Assembly: GCA_963805625.1 (NCBI GenBank)
Contig: CAWDVE010000012.1
Span: 1 to 64,000, forward strand
Reading direction: 5' to 3'
Source of the DNA: an uncultured Candidatus Rokubacteria bacterium
GTDB taxonomy: Bacteria; Methylomirabilota; Methylomirabilia; Rokubacteriales; DASRDR01
Length of the DNA: 64,000 nt
Shown here: positions 47,696-55,658 of the stretch, in pieces
Numbering within the stretch: position 1 is the stretch's first letter
How the letters are laid out: the number at the start of each line of letters is the position of its first letter
Program-made: the position numbers and the translations under genes
The notes under the pieces: model-generated
The model's input: only the letters and a program-made list of their open reading frames with translations
The model's database searches: none
Told to the model about the DNA's origin: nothing

Positions 47696-48831
47696 CCGGC
47701 CTCCCGCGCCACCTCGCCGATCACCTGGTCGTAGCCCGCCACGGCGCGCTCCCACGAGAACCGCGCCGCCCAGGCGCGGGCCCGCTCACCCATCTCCCGC
47801 CGGAGGGCCTCGTCGCGCACCAGGCGGCGGGCGGCCGCCTCGAAGGCGGTCATGTCGCGGACGAGGAAGGCCGTCTCCCCGTCGCGCACCACCTCGGGGT
47901 GCGCCCCCGCGTCGAGCGCGACCGCCGGCTTGCCGAAGCGCTGGGCCTCGACCAGCGGCATGTCGAAACCTTCCCAGGAGGACGCGGTCACGTAGACGTC
48001 GGCGGCGCTGTAGATCGCGCCCATCGCCTCGAGGGGCGCGGACAGCCAGCAGCGGAAACCGTGGGAGGCCAGCCACGCCTCGTCCTCGCGGTCGCCGAAG
48101 CCCACGGCCAGGAGCTGCACGCGCTCCCCGGAGGCGCGAAGCCGCTCGACGCACTCCACGAGCTGGGCCGTCCCCTTGTAGGGCTGCCGCCGGGGGTTGA
48201 TGCGCCCCACGTAGAGGAGGAGCACCTCGTCCTTCGCCACGCCGATCTTCTCCCGCACCGCCGCCCGCGCCTCGTCGGCGTCGCCGCTGACCGCGTAGTG
48301 GTCGGTCCCCGGATGGATCACCCGGGCCCGGCGCCGGAGGAAGAACGGCAGCCGGTCTCGGAGGTAGTGCGAGATCGTGACGACGCGGCGGGCCAGCGGG
48401 AAGTAGCCGTAGTGCTGGGCGAGATGGACGTACAGGAACTCGGCCTTCAGCCAGAGCGGGAAGCCGACCGTCGAGCAGACGCCATACTCCACGACGAGGA
48501 ACGGCCTCCGGAGGAACGGGCCCAGCGCGAAGAACGGGAACGTCTGGATGACGAACAGGTCCACGTCGGCCCCGCGCAGGAGCGGGAGCTTACGGAGGGC
48601 GTTCCGCTCGTAGAAGGGGAAGATCGGCGTCGCCGGGATGGCGAGCGGGACGATCCGGTACGGTCCGCCGTCGAACGTCCCGTCCGACCGCGAGGTGAAG
48701 ACCGTCACCTGGTGGCCGCGCGCGCTGAGCCCCTCGGCCGTCTTGTGGACGACGAGGTCCACGCCGAAGCCGAGGAGCATCCGCTCGGTGAGGAAGCCGA
48801 TCCGGAGGGGAGGCGTCGCGGAGGCCGTCAC
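47683..48831 (-). CDS. Glycosyltransferase family 4
   Basis: LYVGRI...KG, SSWEGFDMPLVEAQRFGKP. Start approximate. Confidence 0.9.
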   Translation of the reverse strand: MTASATPPLRIGFLTERMLLGFGVDLVVHKTAEGLSARGHQVTVFTSRSDGTFDGGPYRIVPLAIPATPIFPFYERNALRKLPLLRGADVDLFVIQTFPFFALGPFLRRPFLVVEYGVCSTVGFPLWLKAEFLYVHLAQHYGYFPLARRVVTISHYLRDRLPFFLRRRARVIHPGTDHYAVSGDADEARAAVREKIGVAKDEVLLLYVGRINPRRQPYKGTAQLVECVERLRASGERVQLLAVGFGDREDEAWLASHGFRCWLSAPLEAMGAIYSAADVYVTASSWEGFDMPLVEAQRFGKPAVALDAGAHPEVVRDGETAFLVRDMTAFEAAARRLVRDEALRREMGERARAWAARFSWERAVAGYDQVIGEVAREAGWIR

Positions 48832-48916
48832 TGGCCGCAAGACACGCGCAGTATACCCCAATCCCCCGGGCCTCCAGCCCGGTCGGGACCGCTCGGCGGT
48901 CGCCCCGGAGCGACCG

Positions 48917-49456
48917 TCAGGGCGCGGGCTGGGGCTCGGACGCCGGCGGCACGTACGCCGGGGGTGTGGCCGGCGGGATGTACACCGGCGGCCTCGCCGG
49001 TGGCACGTATACCGGGGGCGTGGCCGGCGGGATGTACACGGGCGCCGTCGCGGGCGGCACGTAGACCGGCTCGGTCGCGTTCGTCCCCTCGGCCGGAGCG
49101 GCCAGCGCGGCCGGGGAGGGCGGCGCGTCGCTCCCGCGCTCGACGACGATCACGCGGCGGGCGACGCCCGTGGACTCGAAGACGAGGGCGTAGCCGCCCA
49201 GCTCGAGCGTCTGGAGGAACCGGCGCAGGAACTGCTCGAACGGCAGCCGCTCGACGCGGAGCGTGACCGTCCGGTCCCGGGCGGGCGCCGGCAGCACGAT
49301 GTCCACGCCGGCTGCGCGGCGGATCGCCTCCACGGCGGCCGGCACGGGCGTCGCCTCGAACGTCGCGGACACGAGCTCGCCGTCGACCTCCACGGTCGCC
49401 CGCGCCCCCGGCGGCGCGGCGAGCAGGAGGGCGCCGACGATCAGCCAGACCCGCAT
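48917..49456 (-). CDS. Small secreted protein: STN/secretin-N0-like domain plus Pro/Tyr-rich repeat tail
   Basis: Signal peptide; VSATFEATPV.AAVEAIRRAAGVDIVL...VTLRVERLPFEQFLRRFL; five PxY[VI]PPAx units. Confidence 0.75.
   Translation of the reverse strand: MRVWLIVGALLLAAPPGARATVEVDGELVSATFEATPVPAAVEAIRRAAGVDIVLPAPARDRTVTLRVERLPFEQFLRRFLQTLELGGYALVFESTGVARRVIVVERGSDAPPSPAALAAPAEGTNATEPVYVPPATAPVYIPPATPPVYVPPARPPVYIPPATPPAYVPPASEPQPAP
48941..49075. repeat. Coding tandem repeat, 5 x 27 bp
   Basis: Encodes EPVYVPPAT-APVYIPPAT-PPVYVPPAR-PPVYIPPAT-PPAYVPPAS. Confidence 0.9.
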
Positions 49457-49475
49457 GACCCCAGGATACTCCCTC

Positions 49476-51113
49476 TCAGTACGCCAGGAAGCCTGGACCC
49501 GTCGGCTCGCCCGAGATCGTGTAGCCGAGGACGTGCGGGCCCCCGCCCGGCCCGGCGCCGGTGATGATCTCGGCGGCGCCGTCGCCAGTGACGTCCCCGG
49601 CTGCGACGAACACCCCGCCGGTGAAGGCCGGGTCGTACGCGTAGAACTCGGCGAGCGAAGCTAGGCCGCTGCCGGTCCAGGTCAGCGCGCGGACGTGGGG
49701 GCCGCCGCCCCGGCCGGGACCCGTGATGATCTCGGCGGCGCCGTCGCCAGTGACGTCCCCGGCTGCGACGAACACCCCGCCGGTGAAGGCCGGGTCGTAC
49801 GCGTAGAACTCGGCGAGCGAAGCTAGGCCGCTGCCGGTCCAGGTCAGCGCGCGGACGTGGGGGCCGCCGCCGGGGCCGGGGCCGGTGATGACATCGGCCT
49901 GGCCGTCACCGTCGACGTCCCCGACGGCGACGCGGACGCCGCCCGCGAAGGCCGCGGCGTAGGCGAGGAAGTCGAAGACGGGCTCGACGCCGCCCGGGGC
50001 GTTGGGATTGTAGCGGAGGACGCGGACGTGCGGGCCCCCGCCGCGACCCGCGCCGGTGACAATGTTCTTGGCGGTGGGCCCCTCCACGGGTCCGCAGGCG
50101 ACGAAGACGCCGCCGTTGAAGGCGGGGTCGTAGGCGAAGAACTCGGCGAGCGACATCCCGGTAGCCCCGTCGAGCAGCCGCACGTGCGGCCCGCCGCCGG
50201 CCCCGGGGCCGAGGAGCAGGTCGTCGACGCCGTCATTGTTGAAGTCGCACGCCGCCACGCGGACGCCGCCGAGGAAGCCGCTGCTGTAGACGCCCAGGCC
50301 CGCGTCGACGGGCGTGTGCGGGGCCGTCCCCGCGAATCGACGGGCGATTGGCGCGAGGCCCGGGCCGAACCCGGTCAGGATCTGCCGAGCGCCCATGGAC
50401 CCGGTGAAGCCGGCAACGGTGACCCCGCCCAGCAGGGCGCGCGACTCGGTGATCGCCGCGCTCACCGCCGGCTGCCACGCCGCCGCCAGCACCTGGTAGC
50501 CCTGCTGCGTCGGATGCAGGTTGTCCGAGCCGTAGAGCCCCGGATCGTTCAGGGGCGTGAACGTGTTGACGAACCGGACGCCCTCCGCCGCGGCGACCCC
50601 GGGCAGCAGGGCGTTGACCTGGGCGATGATGTCGCGGGCGTCGGGTGCAAAATCACGGTGGTTGGGGATGATGGCGCCGAGGATCGGGATCGAGGAGCTC
50701 ACCTTGGCGAGGCGGATCATGGCCCGCAGGTTCGCGACGATGACGGCGGGCGGCGTGTCGAAGGTCGCGTCGTTGGTGCCTTCCATGATGAGGACGAACC
50801 CCGGGTGATCCTTCGCCAGGACCCCCGCCAGCCGGGCCAGTCCCTCGCTCGTCGTCTCACCGCCCTTGCCGCGGTTCGCGACGACGAAGCCGGGATGGGC
50901 GGGGGCGAGGAGCGCCTGGAGCACGGCGGGGTACGGCTGGGCGGCCATGCCGTCGGCGAGCGTCCCGAGGGTGATGCTGTCCCCGACCGCCACGGCCACG
51001 TTCGGATTGTTCCCGCCGAAATCCGGCGGCAGCCAGAACCCAGCCGCGGCCGCGTCGACCGCCATGCCCACGCCGGCGGCGAGCGCGACGACGGTCAACC
51101 ACCACATCGCCAT
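49476..51113 (-). CDS. Secreted SGNH/GDSL hydrolase with C-terminal FG-GAP-like repeats
   Basis: GDSIT, NRGKGGE, EGTND, DNLHP; repeats AYDPAFxGGVFVAAGDVTGDGAAEIITGPGxGGGPHV. Confidence 0.9.
   Translation of the reverse strand: MAMWWLTVVALAAGVGMAVDAAAAGFWLPPDFGGNNPNVAVAVGDSITLGTLADGMAAQPYPAVLQALLAPAHPGFVVANRGKGGETTSEGLARLAGVLAKDHPGFVLIMEGTNDATFDTPPAVIVANLRAMIRLAKVSSSIPILGAIIPNHRDFAPDARDIIAQVNALLPGVAAAEGVRFVNTFTPLNDPGLYGSDNLHPTQQGYQVLAAAWQPAVSAAITESRALLGGVTVAGFTGSMGARQILTGFGPGLAPIARRFAGTAPHTPVDAGLGVYSSGFLGGVRVAACDFNNDGVDDLLLGPGAGGGPHVRLLDGATGMSLAEFFAYDPAFNGGVFVACGPVEGPTAKNIVTGAGRGGGPHVRVLRYNPNAPGGVEPVFDFLAYAAAFAGGVRVAVGDVDGDGQADVITGPGPGGGPHVRALTWTGSGLASLAEFYAYDPAFTGGVFVAAGDVTGDGAAEIITGPGRGGGPHVRALTWTGSGLASLAEFYAYDPAFTGGVFVAAGDVTGDGAAEIITGAGPGGGPHVLGYTISGEPTGPGFLAY
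49561..49871. repeat. Recent intragenic tandem duplication, 162-bp period
   Basis: 49561-49709 is identical to 49723-49871 by manual reading; one 54-aa repeat unit. Confidence 0.9.
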
Positions 51114-51288
51114 CCCTCCCGTTCGAGCGCGTGGCTCTTTTCGGCCTCTCGGCCCCAGGCCTTATACCGTAGGAACGCCACGCCGTCCACCCGACCCGTC
51201 CCCGGTGCACCGTCCGGCGTCGTCCGCCGCGGTCACCCCCGGGTTCTTCGCGTACTGAGGCCCGGCAGGCAAGCCATCGCGACCAACA

Positions 51289-52287
51289 TCATGGCGCGGT
51301 GACCAGGGCCCGGAGCTGAGCCCGGTACGGGAACGGCCGGAGCCACGGGCGGAGCGGCGAGGGCCCCGGCTGGCGCCGCGCCTGGATCCGGCGCCGCGCG
51401 GCGAAGGCCCCCGGCACGAGCCGGACGAAATCCAGATACCCCATCAGGGCGCTCGGGTGGCTCAGCGCGTAGTCGGCGGCGCGGGCCAGCTCGGTGACGA
51501 GGATCGCGGGCAGGTCCCGCAGGACGTCGGCCGGGCGCTCGTTGCGCAGCATCATGAGGTAGCGGTTCTTCAGCGAGTGCCGGAGGACCCAGGGGGTCTT
51601 CATCCGGCGCTTCCCCCGGTGCCCGCGCTCGTGGGTGCAGACGGCCGCCGGCACGTACCAGGCCTTCCAGCCCCGGAGGCGCGCGCGCCAGTCGAGGTCG
51701 ACGTCCTCCAGGTAGGCGAAAAACGCGCTCGCGAAGTACTCGTCCCCGACCCGCACGTCCTCCAGCATCGCCCGCCGGTACAGGGCCGCCGCGGCGCACA
51801 CGCCGAACACCTCACCGGGCTCGTCGAGCTGGCCGACGTCGGGCTCCTGCTCCCCCCGGTTCAGCGGGATTCGGTTCCGGTGGAAGGCGTGCCCGGCCGA
51901 GTCGATGAGCGGCGGACCGCTCCCGACCGCCGGCCGGATGAGCTTGCCGGTGACGCTGCCCACCCGGGAATCGGCCTCGGCCGCCGCTACCGCCCGCTCG
52001 AGGTAGTCCGGCGCCGGGTAGGCGTCGGGATTGAGGAGGAGGAGGTAGGGCGCCGTCGTCCGGCGGACCAGCTCGTTGGCGGCGGCCGCGAACCCGATGT
52101 TGACGGACGAGACGTGCACGGCGGCCCCGAGCCGCCGCGCGAGGTCCGCCGAGCCGTCGCCGGAGGCGTTGTCCCAGACGACCAGCTCCACGGGGGGACA
52201 GGATTGCGCCCGGACCGCCCCGAGGCAGCGATCGAGGTGGGCCGCGCTCTCGTAGGTGACGACGCCGACGGAGACCTCTCGAGCCAC
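51289..52287 (-). CDS. Glycosyltransferase family 2
   Basis: VSVGVVTY, WDNASGDGS, LLLNPD, FFAYLEDVDLDWR. Confidence 0.9.
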   Translation of the reverse strand: MAREVSVGVVTYESAAHLDRCLGAVRAQSCPPVELVVWDNASGDGSADLARRLGAAVHVSSVNIGFAAAANELVRRTTAPYLLLLNPDAYPAPDYLERAVAAAEADSRVGSVTGKLIRPAVGSGPPLIDSAGHAFHRNRIPLNRGEQEPDVGQLDEPGEVFGVCAAAALYRRAMLEDVRVGDEYFASAFFAYLEDVDLDWRARLRGWKAWYVPAAVCTHERGHRGKRRMKTPWVLRHSLKNRYLMMLRNERPADVLRDLPAILVTELARAADYALSHPSALMGYLDFVRLVPGAFAARRRIQARRQPGPSPLRPWLRPFPYRAQLRALVTAP

Positions 52288-52382
52288 GAGCGCCCCGCAG
52301 TGTAGCAGACGGCCGCGATCCCTGGCCGACACCGCCCCGGCGCCGGCGACCGGGGCCCGGGACGGCGGCGGTCGCGCCTCCC

Positions 52383-54152
52383 TCACTCGGCGGGCTGGAA
52401 CAGCTCCTCGCCGCGCTGGAGCCGGAGCGCGATCTGGTACGTCTGGCGCAGGGCGCGCGGGGTCGGGGTGTGCGCCGCCTCGAAGCGCGCGAGGGCGACC
52501 AGCGCGCGGCGGGCGGCCGCCGGCCGCCTGGCCTTGAGAGCCGCGTGCTGCCGGAGCGCGCCCTCCAGCTCCTGGTAGTCGTGGAAGCCCGCGTCCTCCC
52601 GCAGGACCGCCCGGCCCAGGCTCTCGATCATCGGACGATCGTCGCGGGTGGATCGGAGGTGGGCGTCGACGAGGCGGCCGGCGGGCGCCACCTGCTGCTC
52701 GCGGTCCAGGAGCTCCAGCAAGGCCGCCGGCGCGTCGGGCGCCTCGGCCGGGGCCGCGTCGGCCGGCTCCTCGTCGGGGAGGCGGCTCGGCGGCACGTTC
52801 AGGAACCGGTCCAGGTAGATCCGCATCGCCGCGTGGAACAGCCCGCGCGCCAGCTCGCGCGAGGGGGCCCGCACGAGCGCCTGGTGGAGGGCGTTGCACG
52901 AGCTGAAGGTGTTGTGGACCGTGTCCCAGTCGCCGAACTCGTTGCTGGTCGGGAACCGCGCGATCCGGAGGCTGCTGGTGTGCGCCACCGCCTGGCCGAG
53001 CTCCGCCAGCGCCGTCCCCCGCCGGACGGCGGCCAGGAGCGCATCGACGATGGGCCCGGGCTCGTCCCCCAGCAGGACCGCCACGAGCTCGTCGAACTCG
53101 CCGGGGCCGAGCGGCCCGCCGCGGCGCGCATCGTCGTCGATGAGGGGCGCGAGTGCCTCGAAGGCCGGCTCGAGCAGGGCAGGCAAGTCGATCGGCCGGC
53201 GCCATGCGCTCCGCTCCTCGCTCCGCTCGGCGCGGCAGAGGCCGCCGACGAGGCTCGGCAGGATCGCCGGCGCCTCGGCCCAGCCGAGATGATCGAGGAG
53301 CTCAAAGGCCTTGACGCTGAAGTCCAGCGTGTGGCCGGCGTCGACGAAGTAGTGGTCGGTGACCGCCGCCAGCAGGAGGTCGGCCAGAGCTCCCGCCGGC
53401 GCCCCCGCGTCGATCGCCGTGCAGAGCGCCCGCTCGGCGCCGTCGGCGTCCCGCACCTCCACGGAGTCCCGGAACCAGGCCTTCAGCCGGGCCGGTGACC
53501 GGGGGGCCCTGGGCAAGGGCTCGAGACCGAAGCGCGGCGGGCGCCCGGCGCAATCCTCGGCCACCCGGACGAGACCGTGGAGGAGCGCGAGGGGCCGCTC
53601 GTCCGCGGCCAGAGCCGGCAGGACGTTCGCCATCGCGGTGAGGATGCTCAGGCCCGGACCCCAGCCGGCCGCGCGGTAGCGGGCGCCGAAGCGGGCCCCC
53701 ACGCGCACGATCTCCGGCGGCTCGGCGCCCCCGGCCAGGAGAGCCAGGGCCGCCTTGGCGAGCGCGAGCGCGAGCCGGTCCTCGAGCCCCTGCTCGAGCC
53801 GGCGCCGCCACTCGGCCGCGCGGTCGCTCTCGGGGCGCACCTCGACGAACACCTCGCCATCCCTGACGACCGTCGGATAGGACCGGACGTCGCCCGCGAA
53901 CGGGTCGAGCGTGCCCCCGCAGGCCAGATCGAACCGGGCGTGATGCCAATGGCACGTCAAGAGCCCGTCCCGAACCGTCCCTCGGCTGAGCGGAAAGCCC
54001 ATGTGCGGGCAGCGGTTGTCCACCGCCCAGGCCTGACCCTCGTGCCAGAACACGGCCACGCCGTGGCGGCCGGCGCTGACGACCAGGCACCCCTTCGCCT
54101 TCAGCTCGTCGAGGGATCCCGCACGGACCAGGCGCGACGGGACCTCGCTCAT
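52383..54152 (-). CDS. Rieske [2Fe-2S] domain fused to a large all-helical domain of unknown function
   Basis: CPHMGFPL...TCHWHHARF in the first ~105 aa, then ~480 aa of helical-looking sequence. Confidence 0.85.
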   Translation of the reverse strand: MSEVPSRLVRAGSLDELKAKGCLVVSAGRHGVAVFWHEGQAWAVDNRCPHMGFPLSRGTVRDGLLTCHWHHARFDLACGGTLDPFAGDVRSYPTVVRDGEVFVEVRPESDRAAEWRRRLEQGLEDRLALALAKAALALLAGGAEPPEIVRVGARFGARYRAAGWGPGLSILTAMANVLPALAADERPLALLHGLVRVAEDCAGRPPRFGLEPLPRAPRSPARLKAWFRDSVEVRDADGAERALCTAIDAGAPAGALADLLLAAVTDHYFVDAGHTLDFSVKAFELLDHLGWAEAPAILPSLVGGLCRAERSEERSAWRRPIDLPALLEPAFEALAPLIDDDARRGGPLGPGEFDELVAVLLGDEPGPIVDALLAAVRRGTALAELGQAVAHTSSLRIARFPTSNEFGDWDTVHNTFSSCNALHQALVRAPSRELARGLFHAAMRIYLDRFLNVPPSRLPDEEPADAAPAEAPDAPAALLELLDREQQVAPAGRLVDAHLRSTRDDRPMIESLGRAVLREDAGFHDYQELEGALRQHAALKARRPAAARRALVALARFEAAHTPTPRALRQTYQIALRLQRGEELFQPAE

Positions 54153-54304
54153 CGCTCGGGCCCCCTCTGGAGATCGTCAACGATGGCGACGCGCCGGGCG
54201 GGATCGCGCGGGAGCTCCCGGAACAGCCAGGGCAGGAGCCGGCCCGGGGGCAGCGGCCGTGTGATGCCGGGGATCACCACCGCGCTGCGGCGCGCCGTGC
54301 TCAC
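54149..54304 (-). CDS. Small 51-aa ORF translationally coupled to the Rieske gene (not in the ORF track)
   Basis: GGAGG RBS, GTG start, G/C-ending codons, and its TGA overlaps the Rieske ATG (ATGA). Confidence 0.5.
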   Translation of the reverse strand: MSTARRSAVVIPGITRPLPPGRLLPWLFRELPRDPARRVAIVDDLQRGPER

Positions 54305-54608
54305 CTCGCCGTTCCTCCGTCCATCAGTCGCGAGCCTATCATGGGCGCTCCGATCTGGACGGGGTGCGCAGCGGTACGCTACGATGCGCCATGTCCTTCA
54401 GGCCGACGCGGCGTGATCCTCGACGCCGGTCTCCCGCTCCACATGACAGGGCTAGGATGCCTGTCGACCCCGATGGGGACGGGGAGGTCGAGGAACTGGC
54501 GGTCGCGGTCGAGCGGGCGCTCGTGACGGCGTTGGCCTCGCGCCTCGTGATGCCGGGGGGTCCCGCCCACGCCACGGAGCGCCGCTCCTGCCGACATCGC
54601 CGCGACGG

Positions 54609-55478
54609 GTGGCGTCGTCACCGCTCCTCTTGACGCCGGCTCCCGCTCGGCCCGAGTTGGTCAGGGAGCGCACGCGGCGGAGCTTCGGCTACCAGTGGAC
54701 CGCCTTCGGGCGGATGAGCGACCAGTTCCGCGAGGACTTCCTCACCTACGTCGACCCGGTTCGGCCCGAGTTCTTCCCCGGCAAGCGGGGGCTCGACGCC
54801 GGGTGCGGGTTCGGCCGCCATCTCGTCCACGCGGCTGACTTCGGGGCCCGGATGGTGGGGCTCGACTTCAGCCGTGCCATCGAGCGCGCCCGTGAGATCG
54901 CCGAGGGCCGCCCCCGCATCGCGCTGGTCCAGGGCGACCTTGAGGCGCCGCCGTTCCGCGCGGACGCCTTCGACTTCGTCTACAGCCTCGGGGTGCTGCA
55001 CCACCTGCCGGATCCGGAGGCGAGCTTCCGCGGACTCCTGCCGCTCGTCCGCCCCGGCGGCGCCATCTTCATCTGGGTCTACAGCACGGCGCGGCGGACC
55101 ACGAACCGGCTCCTCGAGACCGTTCGCCGGGTCAGCGCGCGGCTCCCGCTTCCGGCCACGCGGGCGCTGTCCCTTGGCGCCGCAGTCGTGGACTGGGGCG
55201 CATTCATCCTGCCGTACCGGATCGCTCGTCGTGCCCTGGGTCCGCGCGTGGACCGCGTCCCGCTCCCCCGGCTGAGGCTCTACGCGCGTTACCCGTTCCA
55301 CGTGGTGTGGGCGGACTGGTTCGACCGGCTGGCGGCGCCGATCCGCCACTACTACGACGGGGAGGACCTCGCCGGCTGGGCCCGCCGGGCGGGCCTGGTC
55401 AACGTGACGATCTCCCCGACGGGGCTCCACGGCTGGCGCCTCTACGGCGAGGTGCCGGCGGGACCTGAATCCGGGTAA
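54609..55478 (+). CDS. Class I SAM methyltransferase
   Basis: RTRRSFGYQW, LDAGCGFG, GLDFS, SLGVLHHLPDP, DWFDRL. Start uncertain. Confidence 0.88.
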   Translation: MASSPLLLTPAPARPELVRERTRRSFGYQWTAFGRMSDQFREDFLTYVDPVRPEFFPGKRGLDAGCGFGRHLVHAADFGARMVGLDFSRAIERAREIAEGRPRIALVQGDLEAPPFRADAFDFVYSLGVLHHLPDPEASFRGLLPLVRPGGAIFIWVYSTARRTTNRLLETVRRVSARLPLPATRALSLGAAVVDWGAFILPYRIARRALGPRVDRVPLPRLRLYARYPFHVVWADWFDRLAAPIRHYYDGEDLAGWARRAGLVNVTISPTGLHGWRLYGEVPAGPESG

Positions 55479-55658
55479 GGTGATGCGGCCCGCCCTCGGC
55501 GCCGAGAAGGCTCCGCCAGGCAGCCGTGCTCAGTGTGACCTCGCCACGACGCCATCAGGGGGCCTCATCACCGGGGGCCGGCGGGATGCTCGTCGCGCAG
55601 TAGCCGCGCCGTGTCCATGCGGGCGGCGGCGCGTCTGCGGGTCGGTCCCGGGAACGCT

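Noticed and set aside
48941-49075. CRISPR-like short repeat array
   Set aside because: Head-to-tail in-frame coding repeats with no spacers, and no cas genes.
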